Positions 25,305-38,501 of a DNA stretch of 64,000 nt are shown here, one piece after another. The stretch comes from Tubiluchus corallicola (taxonomy: Eukaryota > Animalia > Priapulida). The notes beneath the pieces are model-generated. The model worked only from the letters and a program-made list of their open reading frames with translations, was not told where the DNA came from and did not search any database. The stretch is taken from NCBI GenBank assembly GCA_030141605.1, contig JAQGDQ010000142.1, positions 248,001 to 312,000 of the forward strand, in the 5' to 3' direction. Each line of letters starts with the position of its first letter. Positions within the stretch are counted from its first letter, which is position 1. The translations under genes were made by a program, and so were the position numbers.

Positions 25305-26719
25305 GAAAACAAGCGAGCATCCAGAGTTTCAATGTAGTCATCAGGCTGTATGCTTGCAAGCTGATCATGGAAACGTAAACGAACAGCCGGGCAGTGATTA
25401 AAAAAACAAGTGAACATCCAGAGATTGAGTGGAGTCATAAAGCCATATGCTGCAATATCAGTAATGTTTAATGTGAAGCTGGACGGTAAATATTTTTTAA
25501 TTTTGGTCTGGTGAATCACTTGCAATTGTAAAAATGTTAACATGTTAAAGTTTTTTTAGTAACATATACAATTTGTGTTTGGGTGTGTAGGATTATAATA
25601 CCGAGGATTGATTGTTAGTAAATGTACAATAGGTAAATTGTGGGCTGCAAACAAAAATATTGAGTATGACCGACTGTATTGTGTGGTTCGAATGTGTGCT
25701 TATATTATTAATATTTAATGAATGTTATTTCCATTACTAATCATTATAAGATTATATTTTTGTAACGAGCTGTTTGTATATTTTCGATGTTCAGTTGTTA
25801 ATGTTCAAACGGTCTGAGAGTTATGCAGAATGCTGATCACAATAGTCAATAGCCCTAACAGTCCAACTGTCCTGGTCTTGCTGCGAAAAATAACAAAACA
25901 AAGTGAATTCAACACATTAGCTGGAAGAATCAATACCCACTTGTCAACAAGATGATGAAAGCTATTTGAAACATTAAATGTTACAAGCAAAAATCATCGT
26001 AAATGTCACAATCGCGTTTTCTCGGAAAAAGTAATATCTAAAAACGAAAAGGTGCATGAACAATAGTAGAGCTGACTTGCAGCATTAATCATCGCCAGAT
26101 TATCCATCTTTTCGCTTTTTCTCCATCTGTCTACGCTTTCATTAGCAATGCATTTTTAATATTACACTTTTTCCAATATTTCCACTGAAACAATATACAT
26201 TTCCAGTTTAGCGCTTACAGATTGATCGCTAGTATGTAAGTGGTGATTCATAGGCAGGTGGGCGGACAGATAGGTAGGAAAGTAGAGCTATTTAAAACGT
26301 GATTAGGAAACAGCTGACAGAGAGAGACAGAGACGGTGAAAACTACAGAAAAATAAACAGGAAAGCAGGTATGTCGATAGGTGGGTTAGCTTGTTTGTAC
26401 TGGGTAGATAGTAGGCAGGCAGACAAAAAGATAGGCAACAGATAAACAGCCTGGCACATAAGCGCATAAGTAGACAGACAGAAGAAATAAAAAATTATTT
26501 CTGGATGGCCAGGCGGACATAATGCTACCGAAAATCCACTGTCCAAATCTCCACTGCCTAAATGCCTTGTTACCCAAATGCACACTGCCTAGTGTGCATA
26601 ACTATCTACACAAAGTGTCCATAGCCCAAAAGTCCTGCTGTCCAAGTGTCTACTCTCTGTGTGCTACTGTCTAAGTGTCAGCTGTGGTTGTTTAGCAGAG
26701 TCGACTTTACAGGGTCTAT

Positions 26720-28330
26720 ACAAAATGTGATAAGAAAGAATGATGATGTTGCATATCACTTAACAAGATTTTTAATAACAATGCACTATTTTGCTTACTG
26801 CATTAACACAAACTCTGACGCACTGAAGCTAAAAATGATATTTTTACATATCACCGAGATTTCCATTAATGATGCACAATTACAGGTGCTGGGTTAGCAC
26901 AATCGCTGATGCACTGATGACAGAAATGATGATGGGGCGCATTACTTAATGAGATTTCCAACAATGACACAATTTTGCCTGCTGAATCGACCCTAGTGCA
27001 CTGCTCGTAAAGATGATGATTTCAAGAAGATTTCTAATAACGCATTATATTAACACAAACACTGATGCTTTGGTGATAAGAAATGATGATTTAGCACAAA
27101 TTTCCTAAATGATGCATGCTAGATTAATGAAAACCACTATTTCACTGACAAGAATGGTGATCTTGCACATTACTGAGATTTCCTAAAACGGTGCACAATT
27201 TTACATGCTGCATTAACATAAACAGCGATGTACTGTGATGAGAATAATGATCTTGTACATCATTGAGATTTCCAATAACAGTGCATAATTTTCCATGCTG
27301 TATTAACATAAACACTGATGCACTATTATAAGAACGATGATCTTTCGCGTTGCTGAGACTTCCTATAATGGTGCACAATTTTGCATACTGCACTAACACA
27401 AACACTGTTGCACTGATGATAAGAATGATGATCTCGCACATCATTGATATTTCCAATAATGATGCACAATTTTGAATGATGCTCTAACACAAACACTGAT
27501 GCACCGATGATAAGAATGATGATTCTGTACGTCACTCAAATTTCCAGTAATGGCGCATAATTTTGCATGCTGCAGTAATACGAACAGTAATGTACTTACG
27601 ATTAGAATGATGATCTTGCACATCACTGAGATTTCCAATAACAATGCGCAATTTTGCATGCTGCACTAACACTAACACTGATGCATTGATAAGAATGAGG
27701 ATTTTGCGCAAATTTCCAATAACGATGCATACTGGATCAACAAAAACAACTAATGCACTGATAAGAACTATGATCTTCACATCAATGAGCGTTCCAATAA
27801 CGATGCCCAATTTTGTACGCTCCACTAACGCAAACACTGATGCACTTATGATAAGAATGACACTTTTGGACATCACAGCGATTTTCAATTCGCTGCGCAA
27901 TTTTGCATGCTGCACTAACACACACACACACACACACACTAATGCACTTATGATACGAATGACACTTTTGGACATCACAGAGATTTCCAATTCGATGCGC
28001 AATTTTGCATGCTGCATTAACATTGCATTGATGATAATAATGATGATTTGCACAAATTTCCAATAACGATGCATACTGGATCAACAAAAACAACTAATGC
28101 ACTGATAAGAACTATGATCTTGCACATCAATGAGCGTTCCAATAACGATGCCCAATTTTGTATGCTCCACTAACGCAAACACTGATGATAAGAATGATGA
28201 TCTTGCATATCACTGAGATTTCTTATAACGAGACGCAATTTTGCATGTCGTACTATCACAAACATAGATACGCTAATAGGAATGATGATTTTGCGCAAAT
28301 TTCCAATAACAATGCACAATTTAGCATGCT
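26720..28330. repeat. 90-bp-unit degenerate minisatellite, roughly 17-18 units
   Basis: Consensus ~TAACACAAACACTGATGCACTGATGATAAGAATGATGATCTTGCACATCACTGAGATTTCCAATAACGATGCACAATTTTGCATGCTGCAC. Unit starts near 27214, 27304, 27394 and 27485 are about 90 bp apart. Confidence 0.9.
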
Positions 28331-31189
28331 GGGTTATCGGTCATTCAAGTATGACACAAGTATGACGTACACATGAAACATCATTCATCATAATTATTCG
28401 ATGCACATTAATTTGATGACCTTCTTGCACGTTAATCACTGAAAATATAAAAAGGTGCAAACCGTTAACTGTTGAAATTTGCGATAAATGCGTATACAAA
28501 TTTACCAGTTTATAAGCACAAATACTGATGCATGGTTGGTGAGGATGATCGTTTGCAATTAATCACCCGCAATTTTGAAAATATTCTTGTGTGCATTGGC
28601 CTGTATGTACTCGATAGTGCTTCAAACTTAATGATAATTATCATTTTTGTGTCGAAAGGTATCGACTCTCAAGCTTTGCTGAAACACTAGCAGTTTTTTC
28701 GGTCATCTTCAATAAGTTGCCCTACTGAGATGCGAATTATGTATCATATTTAGTGATTGTTTCTAATAATTTCCTCTAACACTGGCAACGCTTACATGAG
28801 GTTACCAAAGCACGCACCACACATCATCGTGAAAGATGTAATAAAAAATGTAACTAAGAACAAGTGGCAATGAAAAAAGGCAGCTCGTCACACTTGCAAA
28901 CAATAAATTTGTAAAACTGCACTTGACGTCGTTTGCACTTGATATTTAGTTCAAAGAACTATAGTGTATACCAGCCGATGCCAATAAAATGAGTACATTT
29001 CACAATTCACAACGAAAAATAAATGTCAATTCATGATTCTGTGGCAGTATTTTACTAAATTACTAAACAGAAGCACACAGGTTACCATGGAGACGTTTTG
29101 TCGGTGTCACTAAGTTACCATTGTTGCGTAACTGCTTCCGAATGACATCATTTCTTTCGCGCACGTATTTTTTAACAAATTAAGATCTAGCTTCATTAAC
29201 GATTTGTGGAGGCGGGCGTATTTGTTCCTAAACCGCTGATTAAATTGACTTTTGAATCTCTACTGTCGCTAACATACAACTACAGTTTGGTATATTTATG
29301 TATATTTATATTTGCTAGAGATGCCAAAACACTCTTTCTTAATGCAATTTTAATCAAATGTCAAAACGGCAAAGGAACCCCAATCATACTTCATCCCACC
29401 AAGTTGAAGAATCAAATATTTCAGAAATAAGATGATTTAGCTGAAATAAACTGGTTGCACACACTTGACCATTTTTTTGCTGACCACACTACCATTACCA
29501 ATTCCGCTTTTAATAACACGTTATGCAAACCATGTACTACAAAATTATAAACATAATATTATTACAGTTAGTCAGTCAGTCAGGCTTGCACTAAGCTCTT
29601 TCAGTCGGGCGTGTCTTTAAACATTTTGTGGACCAATCTAGCATTATTTTTAATATCTTCTACATCTTGGGACGCATTGAAAAACACGAACTGCTCATTA
29701 GGAGACACAATGAAAGTTGGGACAAAAATCAGAAAGAATACAAAAACCTTCCTCTCTCATATCAGCGTACAGTGAGCATACAGTTTGTTCAAACAACAAT
29801 TTTTACATACTCGTTCTACAGGTATTTATTTTTCGGTTTATGATATCTACCGATTTCAATTGCTAATTTATGAGCTCTAATACGAACGAACATCTTTTGG
29901 AATACCAATCAACAAGTAATTTTCCGTCTTATAAGAATTTTTAAAGAAATTATAGGTTCTAAGTTTACTGCTATTTTCATTCGGTGTAGCCTGATTCATT
30001 TCTTGCTGCCAGTACTGTTTGTATCGAGATTCAAGTTTATCATTGATGACTTTGGTAAATAAAATAGAATACAGTTTACACGGTGGTCCGAAAAGCCAAG
30101 AACTCGGGATATAATGTATTTAATAACGCTTTTGTAAATTATCAGTATAATATCATAATATTGTGCATTCATGCAGGTACCAAGGCTTGTATTAAGGCAT
30201 CATGAAGTCTAATGGAATTACTGATTGACACCTCGATTATCTAATACAAAGTATTGGCGCATTATCTTGGACAATTTTCCTCTTTTCACCACTCCTTTCT
30301 ATATACTTTTATGTTCTAGCTATTAGTAATTTAAATCAATTTTAGTCTTCCCATATTGGCATCTTTCACTAATGAATGCGAGAGGTTTCCTTCATGAAGG
30401 CATGCTAAGTAGCCAAGGAAGGCTTGGAGTATAAAAAACCGCAGTAAACAGATTTTCAAAGTTGAGCAAACGTAGAAAGGAAAGCATATGCAACACGCCA
30501 CCACGTGACAGGGTGGCCTATTACACTCGTAAGGCAATATCTGTGACCTCTAGAATTCTCGTAATATAGCTGTTTAAAGAATGTGTACGAATCTAGTCAC
30601 GGAATGACGCCGTGTAAATGATAATTGGTCACTGCCATAGTGTGATGATGAATAACATATGGCAGGTATTTTTTTAGAACTAAACAAATAAGAACGTTTG
30701 TTAAGGAACTTCCATTACAATCGTAAGATAATTTGATTGGAAAAAAATCACAAGCAGAAGTATCACGTCTCTTATTAAGAAAAGTATAAGACTAAAATTG
30801 TAATTACGCCATCTTTCAAGAAAAGCACAAAACAAAAATTGCAACTGTGCCATCTTTTTAATTTTCCAAATTAAGATCTTCTCTCCCAAAGCTAAGACCA
30901 TAGTCCCCATACTATCATTTCACACTCGTAAACATTCACTATACCCTAACCCTAACCCTTCAACACTCATCCATTTCTATTTTTTTGTAGGGCCACGCAT
31001 GCCACAGTCATGAGCGTGGGTGTATTCATAATTTGCTAATTGGTTTGACAATGTGACCTTTTTAACAGAAAAATTAATGCTGGTTCGCGCCTGTTAACAC
31101 CGTCACGTCTGTTTGACTTTTTGATGGAAAAATGAAATAAAAATAGGAGCAACCTGGTTTTTTCCGCACCAAAATTTAAAAGTTTTTTT

Positions 31190-31415
31190 TCATGTCCTAT
31201 GCCCACCCATCGACAAAGTTTCGTGGAATCGGTTCAGTAAGTAAATTTTGCCAAAGTCTGCTAACCAACAGGCACATAGAAAAACAAATAAACAAACAAA
31301 CAAAGACAGACAGATGGACGGACGGACAGACAGACAGACAGACGAACAAACAAACAAACAAATAAACAAACAAGCAAATGCCGATGAAAACATAACTCGT
31401 TAGGTGATGTAAAAA
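31190..31415 (+). mobile_element. Helentron-associated (HINE-like) element 3' part
   Basis: caaagtttcgtggaatcggttcagta, then (ACAA/ACAG)n, then gatgaaaacataactc..t.ggtga.gtaaaa terminus. Matches copies at 58980-59100 and 60520-60580. Confidence 0.6.
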
Positions 31416-31699
31416 AAACTAGAAATATCTTTATAGTTCCTAAAATTTATAACCAACGTTTATAGAATTTTAACTAGTTATTTATTCATACATTTTTTAT
31501 ATAATTATTTGCTGTAAAAGCTATTTTAACTAATACAAAATTGTGCACTAATAACTATTTCTAATTTCTAAATACTAATAACAATTTCAATTTCGTTTCA
31601 CCTTTGGCACGCCTTATAACTTTGTTACTAGCCCAACTGGCTTCAGAAACCAGAAGCTTCAACAACTGACTGACCAAACATCGTAAACGTTACTAATCA

Positions 31700-32074
31700 C
31701 TACAAAATTATACAGGCAATACTGCTCATTATTAATCCACCTTTACCCCTCTGTCTGGTATGATTTTTAGCCGGGAAGCAACCAAACCTTTTCACAATAT
31801 CAACTTCTTCGACAGGTGAGGCATTTTTCGCATTTGAATTAGAAGTGTTAATTTTGGCTGAATTCTGTGTGATTGTTTCTTGAGTACTAGTGCCCGGCGA
31901 GTGATTGCCGTATTCACCACCAGATGGCTTCTCGACTATGCGGCTGTCTGATTTGCAAGACGTATTACTGTGTGTATGGAATACGTGAGGTGATAAGCGG
32001 CACCCCGTGGTGCTTGATCGACGTAAAATGACGGAGTCACCCTCCACAACCATTGTGTCCATTGGCAACGGCGA
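31700..32074 (-). CDS. Soluble guanylyl cyclase, terminal exon ending in CAAX box (CIIL*)
   Basis: Acceptor tatttattttttcag| phase 0, SPLPMDTMVV...RQRGKGGLIMSSIACIIL stop. In frame with the donor at 35988. Minus-strand AATAAA at 31481-31486. Confidence 0.75.
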   Translation of the reverse strand, partial: SPLPMDTMVVEGDSVILRRSSTTGCRLSPHVFHTHSNTSCKSDSRIVEKPSGGEYGNHSPGTSTQETITQNSAKINTSNSNAKNASPVEEVDIVKRFGCFPAKNHTRQRGKGGLIMSSIACIIL

Positions 32075-33822
32075 CTGAAAAAATAAATACGATTACAATG
32101 TTGACTTTTGGTTAAAGGCCGCCGTCAGACATTAGCTACTAATACCTGTTTAAAACTTTACAAAGAGTTTAAGCTAAAACACGACATAATCAGTGCCGGA
32201 TTATGAACTTCTGGGGCTCCTAGGCTAATGAAATTTTGGGGCTCCTTCAGACGGAGCCACCCTCTAATTCGCCTTCACCCGTCTTGAATATTTTTTATTC
32301 GTGACTTTTTGCATATTGACATTTACGTAGCTTAAAGTAAACTTATTACAAATTCTTTAAATAAACTGGAATAGCTATCTTTTGTTTATCAGTAAAACAT
32401 TCTTCAAGAAATACGACTATTTTACTATTTATTGCAAACAAAATTAACACATGATTTTTCTACCAAATATTACCAAAGCTTAGGGCCCCTAGGCTGCAGC
32501 CTATTCTAGCATATAGTGTATCAACCTATACAACTCTGATTTTCCTTTTGCTCAGATTATCAACAAATTACCCTTTACCCACGATGCATCGCATCATAAT
32601 CACACAAAGCTGCCATTCTTCACTGTCGTTTACTTGCGAAATCTAATATACTACACAGATCTTGTTAAACTACACCCTTGGATAATTTCTCTTTTATCTG
32701 TTTTGGTTTATATGATTGTAGGGCCCACATATATATAACCTTGAGTGACCGCCTGGGTTTAAAACTCGTTCTTGGTGATTTCAATCGCCGTACTGATCCT
32801 GGCTGTTTACTTCGCAGGCGGAGAATGTATGTACATTTGAAGCTGGTAAGACAGCGTTACCAGTTGAGTGGCTGCTCTTGGCAGGAGATTTCCATGATAA
32901 TGAGTCAGGTTTCAGTTACACCACAAACATCTCGTTGAGTAGACCCTGCCTTTCAGTGCTGGATTCCGTCTTGCAGTGTATAACAAAAAGACCGAAAAAA
33001 ATCCGAACCAAATCCTAGAGCAGGATCATTTTCATCATATACTGTGCCTAGTCCAGTGTGGTTTACTCGTGTGAGAAACTCCAAATTATTACAAACATGA
33101 GTCACAGATTAATACGGACGGTGTTCGAAACTAATTACTACTTAACCATGTCTGGCCCAGTGCAGTTTACACTATGCGAGTGACTGAAGATTTTGCCCTA
33201 ATTTTCGAATGTTGGCTCGTCTCTCGAGCTCTAGAGCGATTCCAGTTTTTTAACCATACCATTGGCTTGAGCATTTACCACCTGCAGACGTTTAGCACGC
33301 ACTATAATTTTCAACTTTGTCGAAAACTCGATGTCTAACATAAATCACGAGCAAAGAAATCAGGCTACAGTTCCTTTTAGAATCCATTGCTTGCGGATTA
33401 GAAAAACTTTTCGTGGATACTGCCATACGTACATGTAAAAGTGTGTGATTATTTTTTCATTTATCTTATGCTTCATATATTTGTGTCCGTTAATTGCTCT
33501 AGAAGTAAATTACATTTTCATCTATAATAAATGGCTGGCGATGTTGTTCACTAAAGAAAGCTTCAAAAATCCACAAACTTAAGTGAATTCGCCAACATTC
33601 AAAAACAACTTTAACATTTGCAAGGGTCAGACAGGATTTCTAAGCGAAGAGCAAATAAATTGTGGTGTATTATTAAAATTCACAATTTCATAAGTCACCA
33701 TCATGTCATCATGTAGACAAATTTGAAAATATGTAATATAGTATTTTAATCTTTTTATTCTCATAATTTTTAACTTACACTAATTGGCACAGTTGCTCAC
33801 ATCAGTCTGTCACTGACTGGTT

Positions 33823-33891
33823 ATACACTGATTTTATGTATGATGTAATTTGTTTTACTCTGTACTAGTGTATAATTTTGCAATAAAGATT

Positions 33892-33922
<31 letters not shown>

Positions 33923-34040
33923 ATATATATGCATGTATGTATATGTCTGTATATACACTGATTTTATGTATGATGTAATTTGTTTTACTCTGTACTAGTG
34001 TATAATTTTTGCAATAAAGATTTATATATATATATATATA
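33823..34040 (+). repeat. Tandem duplication of a ~70-bp AATAAA-ending unit, each copy followed by (TA)n
   Basis: atacactgattttatgtatgatgtaatttgttttactctgtactagtgtataatttt(t)gcaataaagattta at 33823 and 33953. Confidence 0.85.
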
Positions 34041-34041
34041 T

Positions 34042-34420
34042 CTTCACCGACTCTTCTTTTCAGGTGTCCACACCATCGCAATCTTGCGAGGCTTCCACTA
34101 CTTTTACTGTTCCTCTGATATTATTATTTCTAATTTTATCTCTTCTTGTTATTCCCACCATTCATCTCAACATCGTCATCTCCACCACACCAATTTTCTT
34201 CTCTTCGGTCTTCTTTATAGAAGCTGCTTGCAGCCCATAGATTAGAGCGGGTCTGACCACTTCTTTGTGGACTTTCCCTTTAAGTCTCACCGACTCATTC
34301 ATAGAAGGTTTTGGCACAGTTTTTACAGGCGGATGCCCTTCCTGACCCTAACCCTCCCTATTTATCCGGGCTTGGGACCGGCACTGAGTTGGGCTGGCTT
34401 GCCCCCCCCCAGTGGCTAGG

Positions 34421-34423
<3 letters not shown>
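34042..34423 (-). mobile_element. Internally deleted RTE-clade (Rex3/Expander-like) retroelement inserted in a (TA)n tract
   Basis: Minus strand of 34042-34290 encodes VRLKGKVHKEVVRPALIYGLQAASIKKTEEKKIGVVEMTMLRWMVGITRRDKIRNNNIRGTVKV, an RTE post-RT region. 34320-34390 tttacaggcggatgcccttcctgaccctaaccctccctatttatccgggcttgggaccggcac resembles RTE 5' sequence. (TA)n on both sides. Confidence 0.8.
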
Positions 34424-34486
<63 letters not shown>

Positions 34487-35987
34487 ATATATTATTCGTG
34501 TAATACTGGGAAAGATGAAAACCGTTTTAATAATAAACTTCAGTTCGTGTTAAACTTTCCCCCATTTATTTAAGGTTAATTTAGTCAATAACGTTTTAGT
34601 TCTGTTGCTGCATTATTATTTGTTGTTCGTGTAAAGTTTTGATAGAAAAAGGGAAACGCGAATAGATCTTATTTGTCATTTTGCATAGAACTATATTTTA
34701 GTCATTGCCGATATTTCTTACTGCAATAATTATGGCACTAAATATCTCGAGTTTTAATATGTCGAAACTGTGGGCTGTGGTTTGACAGTTTAATTGTAAG
34801 TATTTGGTCTTCCTACGATAGTGAACACATACTTTCTGCAATTTTCTACACTTCGTTAGATTAATCAATCCATTATAGATATATTGGTTACACATTACAC
34901 ATTCCGCTATATTGTTACAGTACCTGATCATTATTAAAATATTATAGCTTGTTGTCGATAGTTGCAATCGCAAAATAGCCACAAATTCTCGTAAAAATCA
35001 TAAGGCCTACTTGCTTATTTTTACATCGAAATTTAGAAAAAGACGCTTTCGCACAATAACAAAAATAAAAATTGAAGATTAATGTGCGTCATAATGCTCC
35101 TCCAAATGACTTTGAAAACATTAAGGGTTTCGAGTTTCCTTGTACATTTTTCTCATTCAACTTCAAAATGCAACTTCAAGCAGTTAAAGGACAGGCAATA
35201 AGTCTAGGTCACTTTAGCTTTAAATCACTTATAGCTTTCACAATCTGCATAATAGACAGCATGTTGCATACTGATCTTTCATTTAGTCACGCGACAAGTA
35301 AGGTAGGGCTTGGGAACACGAAATTTAAATCAGTTTATAATTAAATGAGGCTTTACAATTATTTTTGGTACCATACACTTCGGGTCTTCATTTAGTCAAT
35401 AGACTTTCAACTGGATTGAATCATGGAAGCAGATAGTCTGACTGAATTTAAAATTAACATTTAAACAGTGTTAATTAATTAACTAATTAACGAATTAACT
35501 AATATGAAATATAATAAGCCAAAAACCCAACTGTTTATGCACAATCAACCATCAACCTAGCTGCTAATGAGAAAGGCACTGAAAAATCGTAAGCCAACCA
35601 TAATTCAACCCCAGAACCCTGTGATCACATTGACTGGTTAGTTTCATCTTACTACGGATAGATGGCTCTGAGAGATAGGATAATACTTGGATGAGATTTC
35701 ACCCCTGACCTGGTATGCGGCAACCTGTATTGCAAGTTTCTTGGTTTGAATCCTGGTTGGCTCATTATTTTCAGTACCTCGCACCTTCATTTGATTATCG
35801 ATTCGTTTAGTTTTTCTTTATAAATAAATCATTATGTTTTTTTAATCCTGGATTATCACAGTTTAACATAAAATAATTTCATTCTGAAAAAAAAATCAAG
35901 TCTCTTTTTTCTTTATCATTTAAGCACTGATATGATTACAGGTATGATCCCGGTCGCGACTAGAAAAACAATTACAGTAAATCGTAC

Positions 35988-36201
35988 CACGTCAGCTAAC
36001 GTAGTGCCTCCTGGACTCTTATTTCTTGCCGTATCTGATGACCTTGAAGAAGCTGAATCCACTCGCAGAAGCTGTCCTTGGTCTTCTATGGAACTTATTT
36101 CTGGTTTCTGAAAATCCTGCTTTGTAACAAAGAAGCATTCAATAGATAGGGATACGGACTTAGGATTTGCCTCAAATGTGTATCCATTCATCTGCAGACA
36201 T
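35988..36201 (-). CDS. Soluble guanylyl cyclase exon (end of catalytic domain); read-through to the stop at 35916 gives a hydrophobic tail
   Basis: aatttacag| phase 2, (R)CLQMNGYTFEANPKSVSLSIECFFV...TTLADV |GTACGA, the same donor sequence as the 39502 exon. Confidence 0.8.
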
Positions 36202-36885
36202 CTGTAAATTAAACGCATCTATAAAAATGATTTTGTAAGAATTTTGGATTATTGTATAAGGGTTGAAGAACCATATTTTGAAATTTAAACATTGACCCAC
36301 TATTGTACATTTTCAAATTGACTGCAAAGGAACAATTTTGTGTTAGCCGTTTAATTAAAGAACAAGAGAACACTGTTCATAAATAAAACTTGAAAAATTC
36401 GACTTAAAATTTTATATCACTTACATGTTTTATTGCACACAGAGCTTGCGTTAGCAGTAATGATGTATAAAACTTGTAATTTAAACTTGGGCGATGACCG
36501 TTAAGAGCAGGTTTTTTTAACGGTAAGTCGTTTGAAACAAGTTTAGACGACATTGTGCAAAGTTTGAAAAATAATCACAGCATACGTAGCACGCTCTTCG
36601 CTAACGAAACAAAAGTTATACTTTATCTTGCCAGTTGTGGACCCAGGGATGACAATGCAATTGGTACGCCACTTCAAATTATTAAGAATTTTATATTCTA
36701 GTTGCATAAGCCTTTCAAGTTGGTAAGATAATGCCAAGTAATATAACTTTGTACGGAAATTCTTTGAGATATGCTTTACAAAATTCCCTTTTCTACCTCT
36801 TTAAGTATAACCTTATTACTTAATGAGTAGTGAAATGTCAAAAAAAGGATTAAAATAATAACAATCTTGGCTGCATTGTTTATAC

Positions 36886-37040
36886 CTGCGACAATCAGCA
36901 CTTATGTTGGCTCGCATCGGCATGCTGTTCTGTTCCATCTTGTTTGCAATAGTGCTTGTGTTACCAAAGAGGCAGTATTTTGGCATATTGAGACCAACTA
37001 CTCCAGCTGCTACAGAACCTGAATGAATGCCGACTCGTAA
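36886..37040 (-). CDS. Soluble guanylyl cyclase exon (cyclase signature), not in the ORF track
   Basis: tatactgtag| [51 protein letters not shown] |GTATAA. 155 nt, phase 0-2. Confidence 0.95.
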
Positions 37041-37109
37041 CTACAGTATAGAAAGGTAACAGTTTTACTATTACTAAAACACACTTTTAATAATACTGGG
37101 AAGAGAGAA

Positions 37110-37354
<245 letters not shown>

Positions 37355-38410
37355 TATGAGGTTATCCTTAGTCAGCGGTTTGGAAGTTATCGGAACTTGT
37401 CGGAGTTAACATCGAAAGGTTAAAACTTCCATTTATTACTGTTTTAATTATAAATATCAGTTGACCATTGTTTTTCTTCTAGACTGGTCAAAATAAGAAG
37501 CAAGCGATGGCATCTCTGGTATCTGATGATTCGTTGCTAGGAGACTCGTTTGCGGGAAGCAAAGATGGATCATGGAAGACGGGTTATCGTGATCGATCAC
37601 GATCGCAAAATCGTACATTAGGCGGATTATTCGGATTTAATAGACCCGTAAGTAAACCTAATGAAATCTGCTCATTAATTGCATCAGGTGAGCAGAGCGT
37701 TTGGCTCAAAAAACTTAATGAAGCTGCCACGTATGCTGTTGTCATTGGTGGCATACAATCCCTCCACCTTGTAGATGTATCGGAAATTTTGTTTACTGTT
37801 TTTTATAGCCAGTGGATGACTTTCAAATAATTTTTGGCAATTTGTTGTTTTTTACTAATATGTTAATTTATTTATTTTTAAAGGCCGTTATTTCTTTTTA
37901 AAGCAGTAATTCATTAAATACTTGACCCATACAGTATGGTACACAAATTATGGGCAAGGAAGCTAGGCATACTGCTAGGGTTTGATTTTGGATTGCACCT
38001 TTAACTGTCGTGTAACAGTTCTTGAGTTTAAGAGGTCTTTAACGCACTTTCAGAAGCTACGCTGTAATCTAGAAGTAAGACTATTATCTCGGGATCATTG
38101 TATTGTGCTTCATTCTGAGAGCGCCATAAATCACGATAGCGTATTATACAAATTTCGTTCTTTTACTTGCACGTATTGCTGCACCCCAGTTAAGAGTGTG
38201 CGTTTGCTAGCAGTTATAGGCTCTTCTGAAATTGCTTTGTAGAGTATTGCTTGCTTATATATGTGTTACGCATATACACAGTTTACTTATATTATTCTTT
38301 GGTAGCAACATTTTAAAGATAAAGCTTTGTTGTTTCCTGGTATCTGTTATCTACTGAAAGCTACGTCTGTTTTGGACACAGGCGATTTCCCAATGGAAAC
38401 TGCTTTTAAA

Positions 38411-38414
<4 letters not shown>

Positions 38415-38495
<81 letters not shown>
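38415..38495. repeat. (GA)n microsatellite
   Basis: Direct reading. Confidence 0.97.

Positions 38496-38501
<6 letters not shown>

Noticed and set aside
27142-28376. Cluster of overlapping 70-180 aa ORFs; also considered as a CRISPR-like array
   Set aside because: These are by-products of a 90-bp tandem repeat. There are no unique spacers and no cas genes, and the context is eukaryotic.
30944-30958. CCCTAACCCTAACCC telomere-like repeat (also 59132)
   Set aside because: Only 2-3 units. Such motifs are common inside non-autonomous DNA elements and do not indicate an interstitial telomere.
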